Shown: in pieces, positions 42,189 to 52,458 of the stretch
Numbering within the stretch: position 1 is the first letter of the stretch
Layout of the letters: each line of letters begins with the position of its first letter
Source of the DNA: an uncultured Planctomycetales bacterium
GTDB taxonomy: Bacteria > Planctomycetota > Phycisphaerae > UBA1845 > PWPN01
Direction: 5' to 3'
Length of the DNA: 52,837 bases
NCBI GenBank assembly: GCA_964591605.1
Contig: CAZQEN010000004.1
Coordinates: 1-52,837 of the forward strand
Notes under the pieces: model-generated
What the model was told of the DNA's origin: nothing
Databases searched by the model: none
The model's input: only the letters and a program-made list of their open reading frames with translations
Program-made: the position numbers and the translations under genes

Positions 42189-42523
42189 GGTTTGATTTCT
42201 GTTCGAGGCGGAGAATGGCAAGATTAGAGTGAAGTACTGGGTCGTAGCTAGGAGGAAATGATCCGTTTGCATCGGACGGGCGTCTCCATGAAAACGCCGG
42301 ATGATGCCAAGGCGGATGCGAAGAATCGTCTCAGTATGACAGCGCGTGCAACCGGACCCCGCCATGGGGCCGTTCGATCTGCGCGGAATGGGAGATCGGA
42401 CCATCGACGAGTTGGCCCGCGAAGACTGGCCGGCGGCGTGTTCGCGAGAGACTTCAGCGGAGGAGAGGCAAACCCCGCTTGACAATGCGCCGCATGCTGT
42501 CCGGCAGGGGCAGGAGAAGAATC

Positions 42524-45500
42524 ATGAGCCGTATTGCAGGACGCTGGCAGGGAACCTTGCTGGTCGCGCTGGGTGCGGTGGTCTTCGGGATCGTCGGCGA
42601 AGGCTGCACACCAGTGCAGCAGCAGAGCGCAGCCACGCTTGAGATGGCGGAGGAACGCAACGTCGGCATGGCGGCATGGCACGGATCACGGACGATCGAG
42701 TGCATGACCATTCCCGACCCGCAGTTGCGCGAGGAGTGCCTGCGGAACCGCGACGGGCTGTACTGGCAGTATTACTGGGCGATCTACCGCGGCGAGGCAT
42801 CGATCCCGGCCCTCGATGAGCCCCGCTGGCAGGCGGAGATGCAACGAATCCACTCCTCCTACGCCACAGGGGGCATTACCGCCGCACAGATCCGCGCGGA
42901 GCGGAAGAATTCCCGGGGCGTCCTGCTCGGTCCTTCCGGCATGATCTCGGTGGAGATCCCGATGCAATCGTCCGGCGGACCGGTCTTTTTCGCACAACCG
43001 GGTTCGCAGACAAAGCTCAATGTGGCTGGCTTCCCCATCCAGGTCTACAACGTCTCCGGTTTCATGGTCGCTCAGGTTGTGCCGGTGGGTCCCGATTGGG
43101 AGGTTACCGTCAACGACCTCAACCTGACGCTGCAGCACGTTTCTGGCGACATGCGGGCGATGACCACAGCGGCCCGCGACGCCGCGGGCAACGCGAGTAC
43201 GCCCGCCTCGGCGACCCTCTCGGTCGACCCGCTGAACACTGCACGGGTCAAGGGTACGCTCGATATCGTCTTGGCCTTGGGCAACCCCAACCGAGGCGAT
43301 CCGGTGTGGGTAGCCCGGCTGCCGATGACCGCTCCCAATCCCCCGGTCAACGCGATGACGTTCACCACCGGCGGTCTGTACGCCCCGGGCACAACGGTGT
43401 TCCCGACGCTCGCGTCTACCGCCAATGCCAACGCCGACTGCAACAACAACGGTATTCCCGACGGCCCGGAAATCGCCGGCGGCCAAGCCCAGGACTGCAA
43501 CCATAACGGTGTGCCGGACGACTGCGACATTGCCGCGCGCGCTGCTGACGACTGCAATGCCAACGGTGCGCCCGACGCCTGCGAGATCGCCAGCAGGACG
43601 CAGGGTGACACGAATGTCAACGGCCTGCTGGAGCCAGCGTGCGAATTCGTGGACTGCAACGGCGACGCCATCGATGACTTCCTGCAGCTTACCGCACTGG
43701 ACGTAGACCGCGACGGTTCTATCGACACCTGCGAGCAGGACTGCAACGGCAACGGCGTGTTCGATTACATCGATCTGAGTCTTGGCACATCGGCGGACTG
43801 CAACGTCAATCGTGTGCCCGATGAATGCGATGCGGGTACACAGCCGGCATTCGCTCCAGCGGTTAACTACGCAACTCCCTTAGCTGACAGCGCCCTGGTC
43901 CTGGGCGACTGGGACGGTGACGGCGATCTGGACGTGGCCAGCGCCAGCGATTCAGCCCCCCAGGTTGCGCCCCTGGTCAACGACGGCAATGGCGGATTCA
44001 CCCCGGCGCCCGTTGCTCCGCTCACGTCGGTCACCAATGGCATGGTTGCCGCCGCCTTGGACAACAACCCTTCGCCGGACCTGGCCGTCGTGAGCAGTTC
44101 CGCCGCCACGCTGACCGTGCTGCTCAACACCGGCGGCGGCACGTTCATCCCGCAGACGACCATCGCCCTGACCGTGGGGTCCGCACCTTACTCCGTCGCA
44201 GCGGGCGATCTGGATGGAGACCTCGACAACGATCTGGTAGTTGCCAACATCCAGGCCCATACGTTCTCGGTGCTGCTGAATCAGGGAAACGCGACGTTCG
44301 CGCCCCGGGTGGATTACACGAGCGGAGGACAGGGTCCGATCTCCGTCGCGTTGGGCGACATCGACGGCGACGGCCGTCTTGACGTGGTGCTGGCTAACCG
44401 CTTCTCGCGGACGATCGGCTTGCGGCTCAATGACGGCTATGGCCACTTTACCGCCCCGCCATTGGCGGTAGCGGTAACCGGAGATCCGATTTACGTCACG
44501 ACGGCCGACCTCGACGTTGCGGGCCGCCACGACATCATCGCCCTGTGTGATTCAACGGGGGAGGCAGTGATCTATCAACTGGACGGCACGACCCTGGTGT
44601 TGCGGGCGACCATCGAGTCAGGGTCGAGCTGCAATCCCAAATCCGCGGCCGCGGCCGACTTCAACAGGGACGGCGGGCTTGACGTGGCGCTAGCCTGCAA
44701 CGGCACGGCTTCACTTCGCCTAGCGGTGCGTGACGCCGCGGGTGCCTACCCCTCTCCGACATCATCTATCTCCGTGGATGCAGGCCCGGTATCGGTCCAG
44801 GCCGGCCGTCTCGACGCAGATACCGAAAGCGACTTGGCCGTCACCGCCGGTGCGGGTGTCTGCGTGCGGCTCGCTCGGCCGGTCACGGGCAGCAGCCCCG
44901 ACTGCAACAGCGACGGCGTGCCCGATGAGTGCCAGACCGCGGATATCGACATGGATGGGCGGCCGGATATCTGCGATAACTGCCCCGAGGCAGCCAACCC
45001 GGGCCAGGAAGACGGGGACCTCGACGTCGCAGGCGACCTGTGCGACAACTGCCCCGGGCGGGCCAACCCGGCCCTGGCCGCCGTGCTGGCCGACAGTCTC
45101 CGGCTGGTCGTGGCGGACTCCAGCTCCCTGCGTTTGTTCAATCCGAACGCCGCGCTGATCAGCTCGACGGCTCTGGCCGCTCGCAGCGACGTCGTCCGCC
45201 AGGGGGACCGGCTTATCAGACTGGATCGTGAATACGGCCTGATGTACGTGTACGACAGCAATGGCAACCAGATCGACGTGATCTCCTTCACCGGCCGCGG
45301 CGAGGTCGTCATGAACGGCGACCGCATCGTGCTGATCGACGATCTGGGCGTGCGTATCCTGGACCTCGACGGCAACGTTCTGTTGACGCTTCCCACGCCT
45401 GCACGGGCCCGCGTGCAGATTGACGCCAACGGCATCATTGTGGTGTGGGATGGGAGCCCTGGTCAGGTCGTTTTCCTGAACCGTGATGGCTTGTGGCAAG

Positions 45501-47878
45501 GTGAGCAGAACAGCTTTCGCCGGATTGCCGTTACTGCCGATGGCGATCGGATCGTGACTGTCACCGAGACAGAACCCGGCGTCTACCTGATCACTATCTT
45601 TGATCGAGGGTTCTTCACGGTCAAGATCGCGGAACGGATGGTCGACGGACAGGAGCCCCGGATCATCATCGACGGGGACCGGATCCTCATCATCGAGTAT
45701 TCCGACACGTGGATCCTCGATCGAGATGGCAACCCGATCAACGTCATCGTGGGCCACGGGCCCAAAGATGTAACCATCAACGGTGACCGCATCGTCATTA
45801 TCGAATACTTCGCCTACGGCTTTGCGGTACGCGTTTACGATCGCAACGGTTCTGCGATCGGCGGCAAGATCTATCAGTCGGATCTCCTCTTCACCATCAC
45901 CAAGGTCATCATCAACAGCGACCGGATCATCGTGGTACGCGCCGATGGGATTCGCCTGCATGACCGGGACGGCTACGAGGTGGGCGACCGGATTCCCGTT
46001 ACGGTTCAGGGACCCCGACAGCCCACGGTCCTCGTCGAGGGTGATCGGATCGTCGTGATCGACGATAACTCCATTCGCTTCTTCGATCGCAACGGGCAGA
46101 TGAAAGGTTCGCCTGTCGCGACCAACGGCACGGGGGAGGTCGTCGCGGCGGGCGATCGCTTCGTCGTCATCGACAATGCGGGCATCCGGATCTACGACCG
46201 CGACGGCAACTTCGTGTACTCAACCGGGACCACCGGCCGGCCGACGGTCGTCGTTGGCGGTAGCCGAATCGTTCTGATCGACGATTTCAGCGTCCGCATC
46301 CTGGACCACGACGGCAATCTGATCGGCCGCGAGATCTTCCCCGCCGGCCGGGCCAGCGTCAGCATTGTGGGTGACCGGATCATCATCAACGATTCGGAGA
46401 AAGTCCGGGTCTATAACCTTTCGGGCCAGGCCATCGGCGCGGCTGTCAAGACAAGGAATCGCTTTCAGGCCGATGCCGACGGGGACGGTGTCGGCGACGC
46501 CTGTGACAACCTGCCGGACGTCGCCAATCCGGATCAGGCCGACTCGGATGGCGACGGTCTGCCCGACGTCATCGACAACTGCCCACGCCACTTCAATCCG
46601 GACCAGTTTGACGGCGACGGGGATGGTGTGAGCGATGCCTGCGACGAATGCCCGGACACCATCATCGGCGCGCCGGTCCACGGTACTGGCTGTCCGTGGT
46701 TGGTGCCCGGTGATTTCGATCGCGACGGGGATGTGGACGGCAACGAAGTTCAGCTCTTTGCGAGCTGTGCCGCCGGACCTGCGATTCCCCTCCTGCAGAA
46801 CTGCGCTTTCGTGGATTTTGATCGCGACGGTGACGGCGATCTGAACGACTTTGGCCGTCTCCAGGTATGCTTCAGCGGCCAGGACCAGCCCGCCGATCCA
46901 GACTGCGACGCTGCGTTGACCGTCTCGCAGCTCAACATCACGTTCGACGGCCAGTACCACCCCGACACCGACTGGGGCATGGTGAAGGTGCCGTACGTCG
47001 GCTCCGCCGGGGTCCTGTACTTCAACCTGGCCGTCAACGGCGCCTGGCAGGTCCGAAACATGCCTGTGCTGAGCCCGCGCGGTGCTGGCGTCCGCCAGGC
47101 GGACCGCTTCTACTTTGACCTGGAGGTGCCGACCGGCACTGACGTGCCCTCGTTGTACTACGCTTGGGAGCTCACCCACGCCGTGCGGACGGAAATGCCC
47201 GCGGGCGCGACCTTCGCGATCATGGCCGACGAGTGCTCCTCCTATTCCAAGTCCAGCGGCACCCAGGGCCAGAACATGGACCTCCAGGATGCCGGCGGTG
47301 TGCTCGATGGACGCCAGGTCGTCGGCCAACCGGCCACCCAGACGGACTTCCCCAACCAGGAGTGCGGCGAGAACGAGTGCGTCCCTGCCGCGATCTCCAA
47401 CAGCATCCAGTGGCTGAACAAGAAGTACAACCTTGGGATTCCCCCCGAGGACACCACGATCGAGAAGATGAAGGAAGTGGCCAAGTGGGATAAGGAACTC
47501 GGCGGCTGCGACGACAACTGGCCGCAGAGGAAACAGGACTGGATGAAGAAGAAGGGGTACAAGGTCACGACCACTCCCGTGCCCCGGTTCAACATTGCCA
47601 GCGTTTATGAATCCATCAAGAAGGGCTGCGACGTGGAGGTTCAGATCAACCATCATTGCGCGGCCGTCACTGGCATTCAGAAGCTGGCTGCTGACGATCA
47701 GTATGACGACGACTGGGTACTCAAGCTCTCCTCCGACGACGGTAAGGGCGACGGGGGCAAAAAGGCGACGACCGACACCGTCGTTTATGATGGCGAGTTC
47801 CAGCGGTTCCACGGCGCTCCGTGGGTCGAAAACCATTCACCGGACATGATCGTCGTTGAATGCAAGGAGGACCAGTGA
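42524..47878 (+). CDS. 1784-aa multidomain surface/secreted protein
   Basis: AGGAGA lies 6 nt before ATG 42524, and the hydrophobic N-terminus is [17 protein letters not shown]. Domain order with approximate nt ranges: unknown N-terminal domain; DCNxNGxPDxC repeats (43435-43832); FG-GAP repeats such as [13 protein letters not shown] and [14 protein letters not shown] (43860-44880); TSP3 motifs DxDxDGxxDxCDNCP (44899-45070 and 46462-46660); 12 tandem ~40-aa repeats (45099-46452); dockerin-like module (46709-46906); Cys-His C-terminal domain (46907-47875). Confidence 0.9.
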   Translation: MSRIAGRWQGTLLVALGAVVFGIVGEGCTPVQQQSAATLEMAEERNVGMAAWHGSRTIECMTIPDPQLREECLRNRDGLYWQYYWAIYRGEASIPALDEPRWQAEMQRIHSSYATGGITAAQIRAERKNSRGVLLGPSGMISVEIPMQSSGGPVFFAQPGSQTKLNVAGFPIQVYNVSGFMVAQVVPVGPDWEVTVNDLNLTLQHVSGDMRAMTTAARDAAGNASTPASATLSVDPLNTARVKGTLDIVLALGNPNRGDPVWVARLPMTAPNPPVNAMTFTTGGLYAPGTTVFPTLASTANANADCNNNGIPDGPEIAGGQAQDCNHNGVPDDCDIAARAADDCNANGAPDACEIASRTQGDTNVNGLLEPACEFVDCNGDAIDDFLQLTALDVDRDGSIDTCEQDCNGNGVFDYIDLSLGTSADCNVNRVPDECDAGTQPAFAPAVNYATPLADSALVLGDWDGDGDLDVASASDSAPQVAPLVNDGNGGFTPAPVAPLTSVTNGMVAAALDNNPSPDLAVVSSSAATLTVLLNTGGGTFIPQTTIALTVGSAPYSVAAGDLDGDLDNDLVVANIQAHTFSVLLNQGNATFAPRVDYTSGGQGPISVALGDIDGDGRLDVVLANRFSRTIGLRLNDGYGHFTAPPLAVAVTGDPIYVTTADLDVAGRHDIIALCDSTGEAVIYQLDGTTLVLRATIESGSSCNPKSAAAADFNRDGGLDVALACNGTASLRLAVRDAAGAYPSPTSSISVDAGPVSVQAGRLDADTESDLAVTAGAGVCVRLARPVTGSSPDCNSDGVPDECQTADIDMDGRPDICDNCPEAANPGQEDGDLDVAGDLCDNCPGRANPALAAVLADSLRLVVADSSSLRLFNPNAALISSTALAARSDVVRQGDRLIRLDREYGLMYVYDSNGNQIDVISFTGRGEVVMNGDRIVLIDDLGVRILDLDGNVLLTLPTPARARVQIDANGIIVVWDGSPGQVVFLNRDGLWQGEQNSFRRIAVTADGDRIVTVTETEPGVYLITIFDRGFFTVKIAERMVDGQEPRIIIDGDRILIIEYSDTWILDRDGNPINVIVGHGPKDVTINGDRIVIIEYFAYGFAVRVYDRNGSAIGGKIYQSDLLFTITKVIINSDRIIVVRADGIRLHDRDGYEVGDRIPVTVQGPRQPTVLVEGDRIVVIDDNSIRFFDRNGQMKGSPVATNGTGEVVAAGDRFVVIDNAGIRIYDRDGNFVYSTGTTGRPTVVVGGSRIVLIDDFSVRILDHDGNLIGREIFPAGRASVSIVGDRIIINDSEKVRVYNLSGQAIGAAVKTRNRFQADADGDGVGDACDNLPDVANPDQADSDGDGLPDVIDNCPRHFNPDQFDGDGDGVSDACDECPDTIIGAPVHGTGCPWLVPGDFDRDGDVDGNEVQLFASCAAGPAIPLLQNCAFVDFDRDGDGDLNDFGRLQVCFSGQDQPADPDCDAALTVSQLNITFDGQYHPDTDWGMVKVPYVGSAGVLYFNLAVNGAWQVRNMPVLSPRGAGVRQADRFYFDLEVPTGTDVPSLYYAWELTHAVRTEMPAGATFAIMADECSSYSKSSGTQGQNMDLQDAGGVLDGRQVVGQPATQTDFPNQECGENECVPAAISNSIQWLNKKYNLGIPPEDTTIEKMKEVAKWDKELGGCDDNWPQRKQDWMKKKGYKVTTTPVPRFNIASVYESIKKGCDVEVQINHHCAAVTGIQKLAADDQYDDDWVLKLSSDDGKGDGGKKATTDTVVYDGEFQRFHGAPWVENHSPDMIVVECKEDQ

Positions 47879-48332
47879 CTTGCCGACCGGACACAAAGCC
47901 ACCGCTGAAGTCCTGAATCCCACGAGTCGGATGTGGCAGGATCCAGCATCAACTGACGGGCGACAAAAGTGAGAATGGGAGCGCCAAGCGTTGGCCCCAG
48001 GACCCGGGCAACTGCATAATTGTCGTCGCGGCGGAACAAAGCCAGCGAACGATTCTAACATATCGCATGTGAGGGATTGCAGACCAGGAGGGAGAGATCT
48101 GTGCGACACCGCCGTCTTGGCTGCCGGTGCTGGGTTCTCATTAGGAGTGCCCGGCCGCGGGACGGCGGTGCCGAAAATGCAGTATTGGGAGATCGGGAAC
48201 GAATTGAAGTTGGTGATTATGGTGCGTTTCCAACCAACCACCGGGATGCACTCTGACACTGACAGCATCCGCGAGCAACAGCTCGAGCACTCCGCCAAGT
48301 CGCTGCAAGGAGACGCTCAAGGAGACCGGTCC

Positions 48333-49535
48333 ATGGCTGTTGATTCCATCACGCGGCGTTCGCTGTTGCAGGCGATGGCTCTTGGCGCGGCCGGACTGGG
48401 GCTGCAGGCTGCCGCCGTGGCACAGGAGCCGGCGATTGAGGGGTTCGAGCCTTCCCAAACCGACCCCGATGCGTCGCGGGGCTGGAAACCGATTTCGGAC
48501 CGCCGGCTCCGCGTCGGCCTGGCGGGTTACGGCGTGTGTAAGTTCGGGACGGCGTTCAGCTTTCAGCATCATCCGAACGTCGAGGTAGCGGCGGTGACGG
48601 ATCTGGATCCGGAGCGTTGCGCGACGATGGCGAAGGTGGCGCGGTGCGAGAAGACGTATGCGTCGGTCGAGGGAATGCTCAAGGATGATCGGATCGAGGC
48701 GGTGTTTCTGGCCACTGATGCCCCCAGCCATGCGCGGCTCGCGATCGCGGCGCTCGATCGCGGCAAGCACGTGGCGTCGGCGGTGCCGGCCGTGTGGGGG
48801 TCGCTCGAGGATGCGGATGCACTGTTCGAGGCGGTGAGACGCAGTGGGCGGACGTACATGATGTTCGAGACCTCGTGTTTTCATGAGGATCTTTACGCCA
48901 TGCACGAGATCTATGCGGCGGGTGGCTTCGGGAAGCTGGTGTACTCGGAGGGCGAATACTATCACTACACGGAAACGCCGATTGACTCCTTCAGAGGCTG
49001 GCGCGTGGGCTCGCCGCCGCAGTGGTACCCGACGCATGCGACCGCGTATTACGTGGGCGTGACCGGCGGGAGCTTCACCGAGGTCTCGTGCATGGGCATG
49101 CCGAGCCTCAGGCCGTTCCTGAAGCCCGAAAACAACCGTTACAAGAACCCATTCGGCACGGAGATTGCGCTGCTTCGCACGAGCGAAGGCGGCATGGCCC
49201 GGATGGTGATCAGCAAGGATACGCCCGGCCACGGGGGCGAGATGGGGCGCATCCGCGGACAGAAGGGCAGCTTCTACGGCAAATACGAAGGGCTCGAGAA
49301 GAACCTGCCGCCCACGCGTCGGCCGCCGCTGCCGCCGGGTGTACAGGCGGGGGGTCATGGTGGCTCACACGGCCCCCTCATGGCCGAGTTCGTCGCCGCG
49401 ATTCTGGAAAGCCGCCGGCCGCGGGTGGATGTCGTCGCGGCGCTGAACATGACGGTGGCCGGGATCGTCGCGCATCAGTCGGCGCTCAAGGATGGCGAGT
49501 TGCTGAAGATCCCGCAGTATGCGTGGCCGGGGTGA
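48333..49535 (+). CDS. Tat-exported Gfo/Idh/MocA family oxidoreductase
   Basis: AAGGAG RBS, Tat signal [27 protein letters not shown], and Rossmann N-domain RVGLAGYGVCKFGTAF...VAAVTDLD...IEAVFLATDAPSHARLAIAALDRGKHV. Confidence 0.9.
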   Translation: MAVDSITRRSLLQAMALGAAGLGLQAAAVAQEPAIEGFEPSQTDPDASRGWKPISDRRLRVGLAGYGVCKFGTAFSFQHHPNVEVAAVTDLDPERCATMAKVARCEKTYASVEGMLKDDRIEAVFLATDAPSHARLAIAALDRGKHVASAVPAVWGSLEDADALFEAVRRSGRTYMMFETSCFHEDLYAMHEIYAAGGFGKLVYSEGEYYHYTETPIDSFRGWRVGSPPQWYPTHATAYYVGVTGGSFTEVSCMGMPSLRPFLKPENNRYKNPFGTEIALLRTSEGGMARMVISKDTPGHGGEMGRIRGQKGSFYGKYEGLEKNLPPTRRPPLPPGVQAGGHGGSHGPLMAEFVAAILESRRPRVDVVAALNMTVAGIVAHQSALKDGELLKIPQYAWPG

Positions 49536-49971
49536 CCTTATCACCACGGAGACCTGGTGCGGGCGTTGCCCACAACCGGATTTGAGTTCTGGAATCTGAG
49601 ATTTGAGATGATGTCGTCCCAGGAATCTGCGCAGGGCGATAAGAAATCAAACGTTTGTGGCACGGAGGGCACGGAGAATACGGTAAAGAGGTGTGAATTA
49701 CAGGGTGGAGCCGGAGCACAGACGGCTCGATGCGTGATCGATGGGCGCTGCCCGAATCGCCAGTCCCTGTGTTGCTGGAATGGAGGAGTTCGTTGAAATC
49801 GGGCGCTCTGATATGTATGCTGAAACTGCTGTCTCGCACCTGATCTCGTGCGGCGGGTGAACACGTCGTGTGCTCATTTGATGGTTGGGACACGCCGTGC
49901 GAGGCGGATTGCGGGTGAGGGGAGAGGCCAGCGCAGCATCTTTGAGAATCTCCTTAGACTGGTGGTGGCGC

Positions 49972-50601
49972 ATGCACACGCTGGCTCTGTTCTTTGCGGT
50001 TTCACTGGTCTCGACGGCAACGCCGGGCCCGGCCGTGCTTTATGTGAGCTCACAGGGCATGGGCGGCGGGATGCGTTCGGCGATTCCGGCCAGTCTCGGC
50101 ATTCTGTCGGCGGACGCTTTCTATATTCTGCTGTCGATCACCGGTTTGACCACGGTGCTGGTGACATCCTACGAGCTGTTCACGATCATCCGATGGGCGG
50201 GGGCCCTTTATCTGGTCTACCTGGGACTGCGTCTGCTGTGGGCGGGATTGGGGCCGACGCCCGCCGGCCCTTCGCCGCGCGGGATCGCCTCTTCACCGGT
50301 GCGGGCACTGACCGGCGGCTTCACGCTGCACGCCGCAAACCCCAAGGCGCTCCTGTACTTCGGGTCGCTCGTACCTCAGTTCGTGGATCCGGAGAAAACG
50401 CTGTGGCTGCAGCTCCTGTCGCTGGCGGTCGTTCATCTCATGACGGCGAGCGGCGTCCTGCTGGCGTACAGCATGCTCTCGGCCAGATTCCGCCGTTCAG
50501 CACCGTGCGTTCGCGTCCGACGTGCGGTCCACGCCGCGACGGGCTCGTTTCTGGTGGGCGCCGGCGTCAGTCTGGCCTTCGCCCGAAGAGGTACGCAGTA
50601 G
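49972..50601 (+). CDS. LysE/RhtB family amino-acid exporter
   Basis: MHTLALFFAVSLVSTATPGPAVLYV N-terminus (the PGP motif) and six TM segments. The ORF-track start at 49885 is unlikely. Confidence 0.85.
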   Translation: MHTLALFFAVSLVSTATPGPAVLYVSSQGMGGGMRSAIPASLGILSADAFYILLSITGLTTVLVTSYELFTIIRWAGALYLVYLGLRLLWAGLGPTPAGPSPRGIASSPVRALTGGFTLHAANPKALLYFGSLVPQFVDPEKTLWLQLLSLAVVHLMTASGVLLAYSMLSARFRRSAPCVRVRRAVHAATGSFLVGAGVSLAFARRGTQ

Positions 50602-50638
50602 TCGGGTTTTGCAGATCTGCGGACTGCCGGATCATTGG

Positions 50639-51331
50639 TCAGTCGTCCGGACTCTGCGGCCGAATCGCTGCCGCATCGGTGAGCGGGATATCCAGCAGGG
50701 GGTACCGGCGCCAGCCGGGAGCGTCGAAGTGCCACCACTCGGTGTCGAGCACGCGGAAGCCCCGGCGATGCATCGCGCGGATCAGTCGATCCCGGTTGGC
50801 GCGGGCCGCGGCTGACCCTCCGCGGTAATCGCGGTGGGCACGCTCGCTGAACTCGTCGTAGGCCGATGGCATTTGCAGTTCGCGTCCTGCGGCGTCCACG
50901 AGCGTGACGTCGACGGCCGCTCCGCGGTTGTGCCGTGAGCCGTTGGCGGGATTGGCGACGTAGCGCTCGTCGGGCATCACCTCCCACATCAGCTTCTGCA
51001 CCGAGAGCGGGCGGTAGCCGTCGTAGACCTTGAGGCCCAGACCCTCGCGTGCGAGGTCGTCCTGAACACGGGCCAGGCGTCGGGCCACGCTCTCGCGCAG
51101 CAGGCAGCGGGCCGCGGGATACAGCGTGCGATGCATGAAGTTGTTTTCGGTCGCGTAACGGATATCCACCCGAAGGCGGGGCTCGATGCTCGTCACATCC
51201 ACGAGAGGTTCGTCCGGGCGGACCGCCAGCTCCTCGAGGACGGCGCAGCCGGCGAGGGTCCACAGACTGGCCGGCAGAAACAAGATGCATGCTTCGGCAA
51301 AGCGGCTTGCTGGTTGCAGGGGTGTGTGCAT
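50639..51331 (-). CDS. ddpX: D-alanyl-D-alanine dipeptidase (peptidase M15D, VanX/DdpX-like) with lipoprotein signal
   Basis: RVDIRYATENNFMHRTLY, YDGYRPLSVQ, SRHNRGAAVDVTL, and EWWHFD. The N-terminus MHTPLQPASRFAEACILFLPASLWTLAGC carries an LAGC lipobox. The ORF-track extension to 52093 is antisense to the next gene. Confidence 0.9.
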   Translation of the reverse strand: MHTPLQPASRFAEACILFLPASLWTLAGCAVLEELAVRPDEPLVDVTSIEPRLRVDIRYATENNFMHRTLYPAARCLLRESVARRLARVQDDLAREGLGLKVYDGYRPLSVQKLMWEVMPDERYVANPANGSRHNRGAAVDVTLVDAAGRELQMPSAYDEFSERAHRDYRGGSAAARANRDRLIRAMHRRGFRVLDTEWWHFDAPGWRRYPLLDIPLTDAAAIRPQSPDD

Positions 51332-51633
51332 TCGGATATCTCCGCTCGGGCGGCCATATCGTCTGTCATTCTGGAGATGGCAGGTCGAGGAGCATTGTAG
51401 AAAAGATTGTGAACGATGCCGCATTTGGTGGGCTGGCGGCGATGGCAGATTCACGGGCGGGGTCAGCAGGCGTTTCTCATCGGGCGGCGCTCCGGTAGAG
51501 TGGATGGACGCGCAAGGAGCATTGCGCTTCCCCGAACTGCCGCCGCTGGTGATCCGGGCAGGGCTGATGCCGCGCGAGCCGAGACGTCGCAGGTCGTGAG
51601 GCGATGGTGAATCGGTACGCTGGCAGAAAACGC

Positions 51634-52458
51634 ATGAGGGACTCGGCCGTGACAACACTCTCACCGACCGTTCTGGAGAAACTGGCCCAGTACGACAGCT
51701 GCACCATCTGCAACGTGATTGAACTGTGCAACCACCGCCCCCGGAATGCCGGCTATCTGAGTGCGGGCATCCGCGCCGTTTACCCGGAGCTTCCGCCGAT
51801 GGTGGGCTACGCGGTGACAGCGGTGTTTCGGTCATCCACGGCGATTGGCCCCGGCGAGCGTACCTGCAGTCTGCTGGAGCAGATCGAGTCGTGGCAGAAG
51901 GTCCCGGCGCCGAGGGTGCTGGTGATTCAGGATCTGGACGATCCGCCTGATGGAGCGGTGTATGGCGAGATCGTGGCTTCGACGGCCAGGGCGTTCGGTT
52001 GCGTCGGCCTGGTGACCAACGGTTACGCCCGGGACATCCAGCAGGTGCGTTCGCTGGGGTTTCCCTGTTTTGCCACGGGTGTTTCTGTTTCACACAGTTA
52101 CTGCCGCATCGTCTCGGTAAATGTTCCGGTCAGCGTGGGGGGAAATCTGATCTCGCCCGGCGATCTGCTGCACGGCGACGCGAACGGCGTGACGACGATA
52201 CCGCTCGATCTGGCCGAGCGCGTGGCGGCAGCGTGTCCTGAACTGGTGGAGATTGAGAACATTCTGATCCACGCAGCGAGGGAGCCGGGCCTCACCCAGG
52301 CGCGATACGGAGAGGTGATGAAGGTGTTCCTGGAGCGACATAACGCTCTCGCCCGGGCGCTCAGCGCTCAGGCCACGCACGACGGCCTCGCCGAGAGGGG
52401 CGCTCCTGACGGGAAGGCCAGGCCTTCCGAGGGAGCGGATGCCCGGTTGGGCGTCTGA
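51634..52458 (+). CDS. RraA family protein (RNase E inhibitor / HMG-CHA aldolase-like fold)
   Basis: VLVIQDLDDPPDGAVYGEIVASTARAFGCVGLVTNGYARDIQQVRSLGFPCFATGVS...GDLLHGDANGV. ATG 51604 is an alternative start. Confidence 0.8.
   Translation: MRDSAVTTLSPTVLEKLAQYDSCTICNVIELCNHRPRNAGYLSAGIRAVYPELPPMVGYAVTAVFRSSTAIGPGERTCSLLEQIESWQKVPAPRVLVIQDLDDPPDGAVYGEIVASTARAFGCVGLVTNGYARDIQQVRSLGFPCFATGVSVSHSYCRIVSVNVPVSVGGNLISPGDLLHGDANGVTTIPLDLAERVAAACPELVEIENILIHAAREPGLTQARYGEVMKVFLERHNALARALSAQATHDGLAERGAPDGKARPSEGADARLGV

Larger units (their letters stand above)
41918..42256. repeat. direct repeat copy 2
   Basis: See copy 1. Copy 1 carries extra GTGGAGA/GGGTGAA heptamer units near its 3' end that copy 2 lacks. 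Confidence 0.9.

Noticed and set aside
44762-47836. Minus-strand ORFs 44762-45961 and 46220-47836, and several plus-strand out-of-frame ORFs inside the giant gene.
   Set aside because: They are mirror or shifted frames of a repeat-rich high-G+C gene. Only the 42524-47878 frame gives recognisable FG-GAP, TSP3 and dockerin motifs.
51332-52093. Upstream extension of the dipeptidase ORF (the 484-codon version).
   Set aside because: It is Arg/Pro/Ser-rich and antisense to the RraA-like gene. Homology and the lipoprotein signal begin at ATG 51331.
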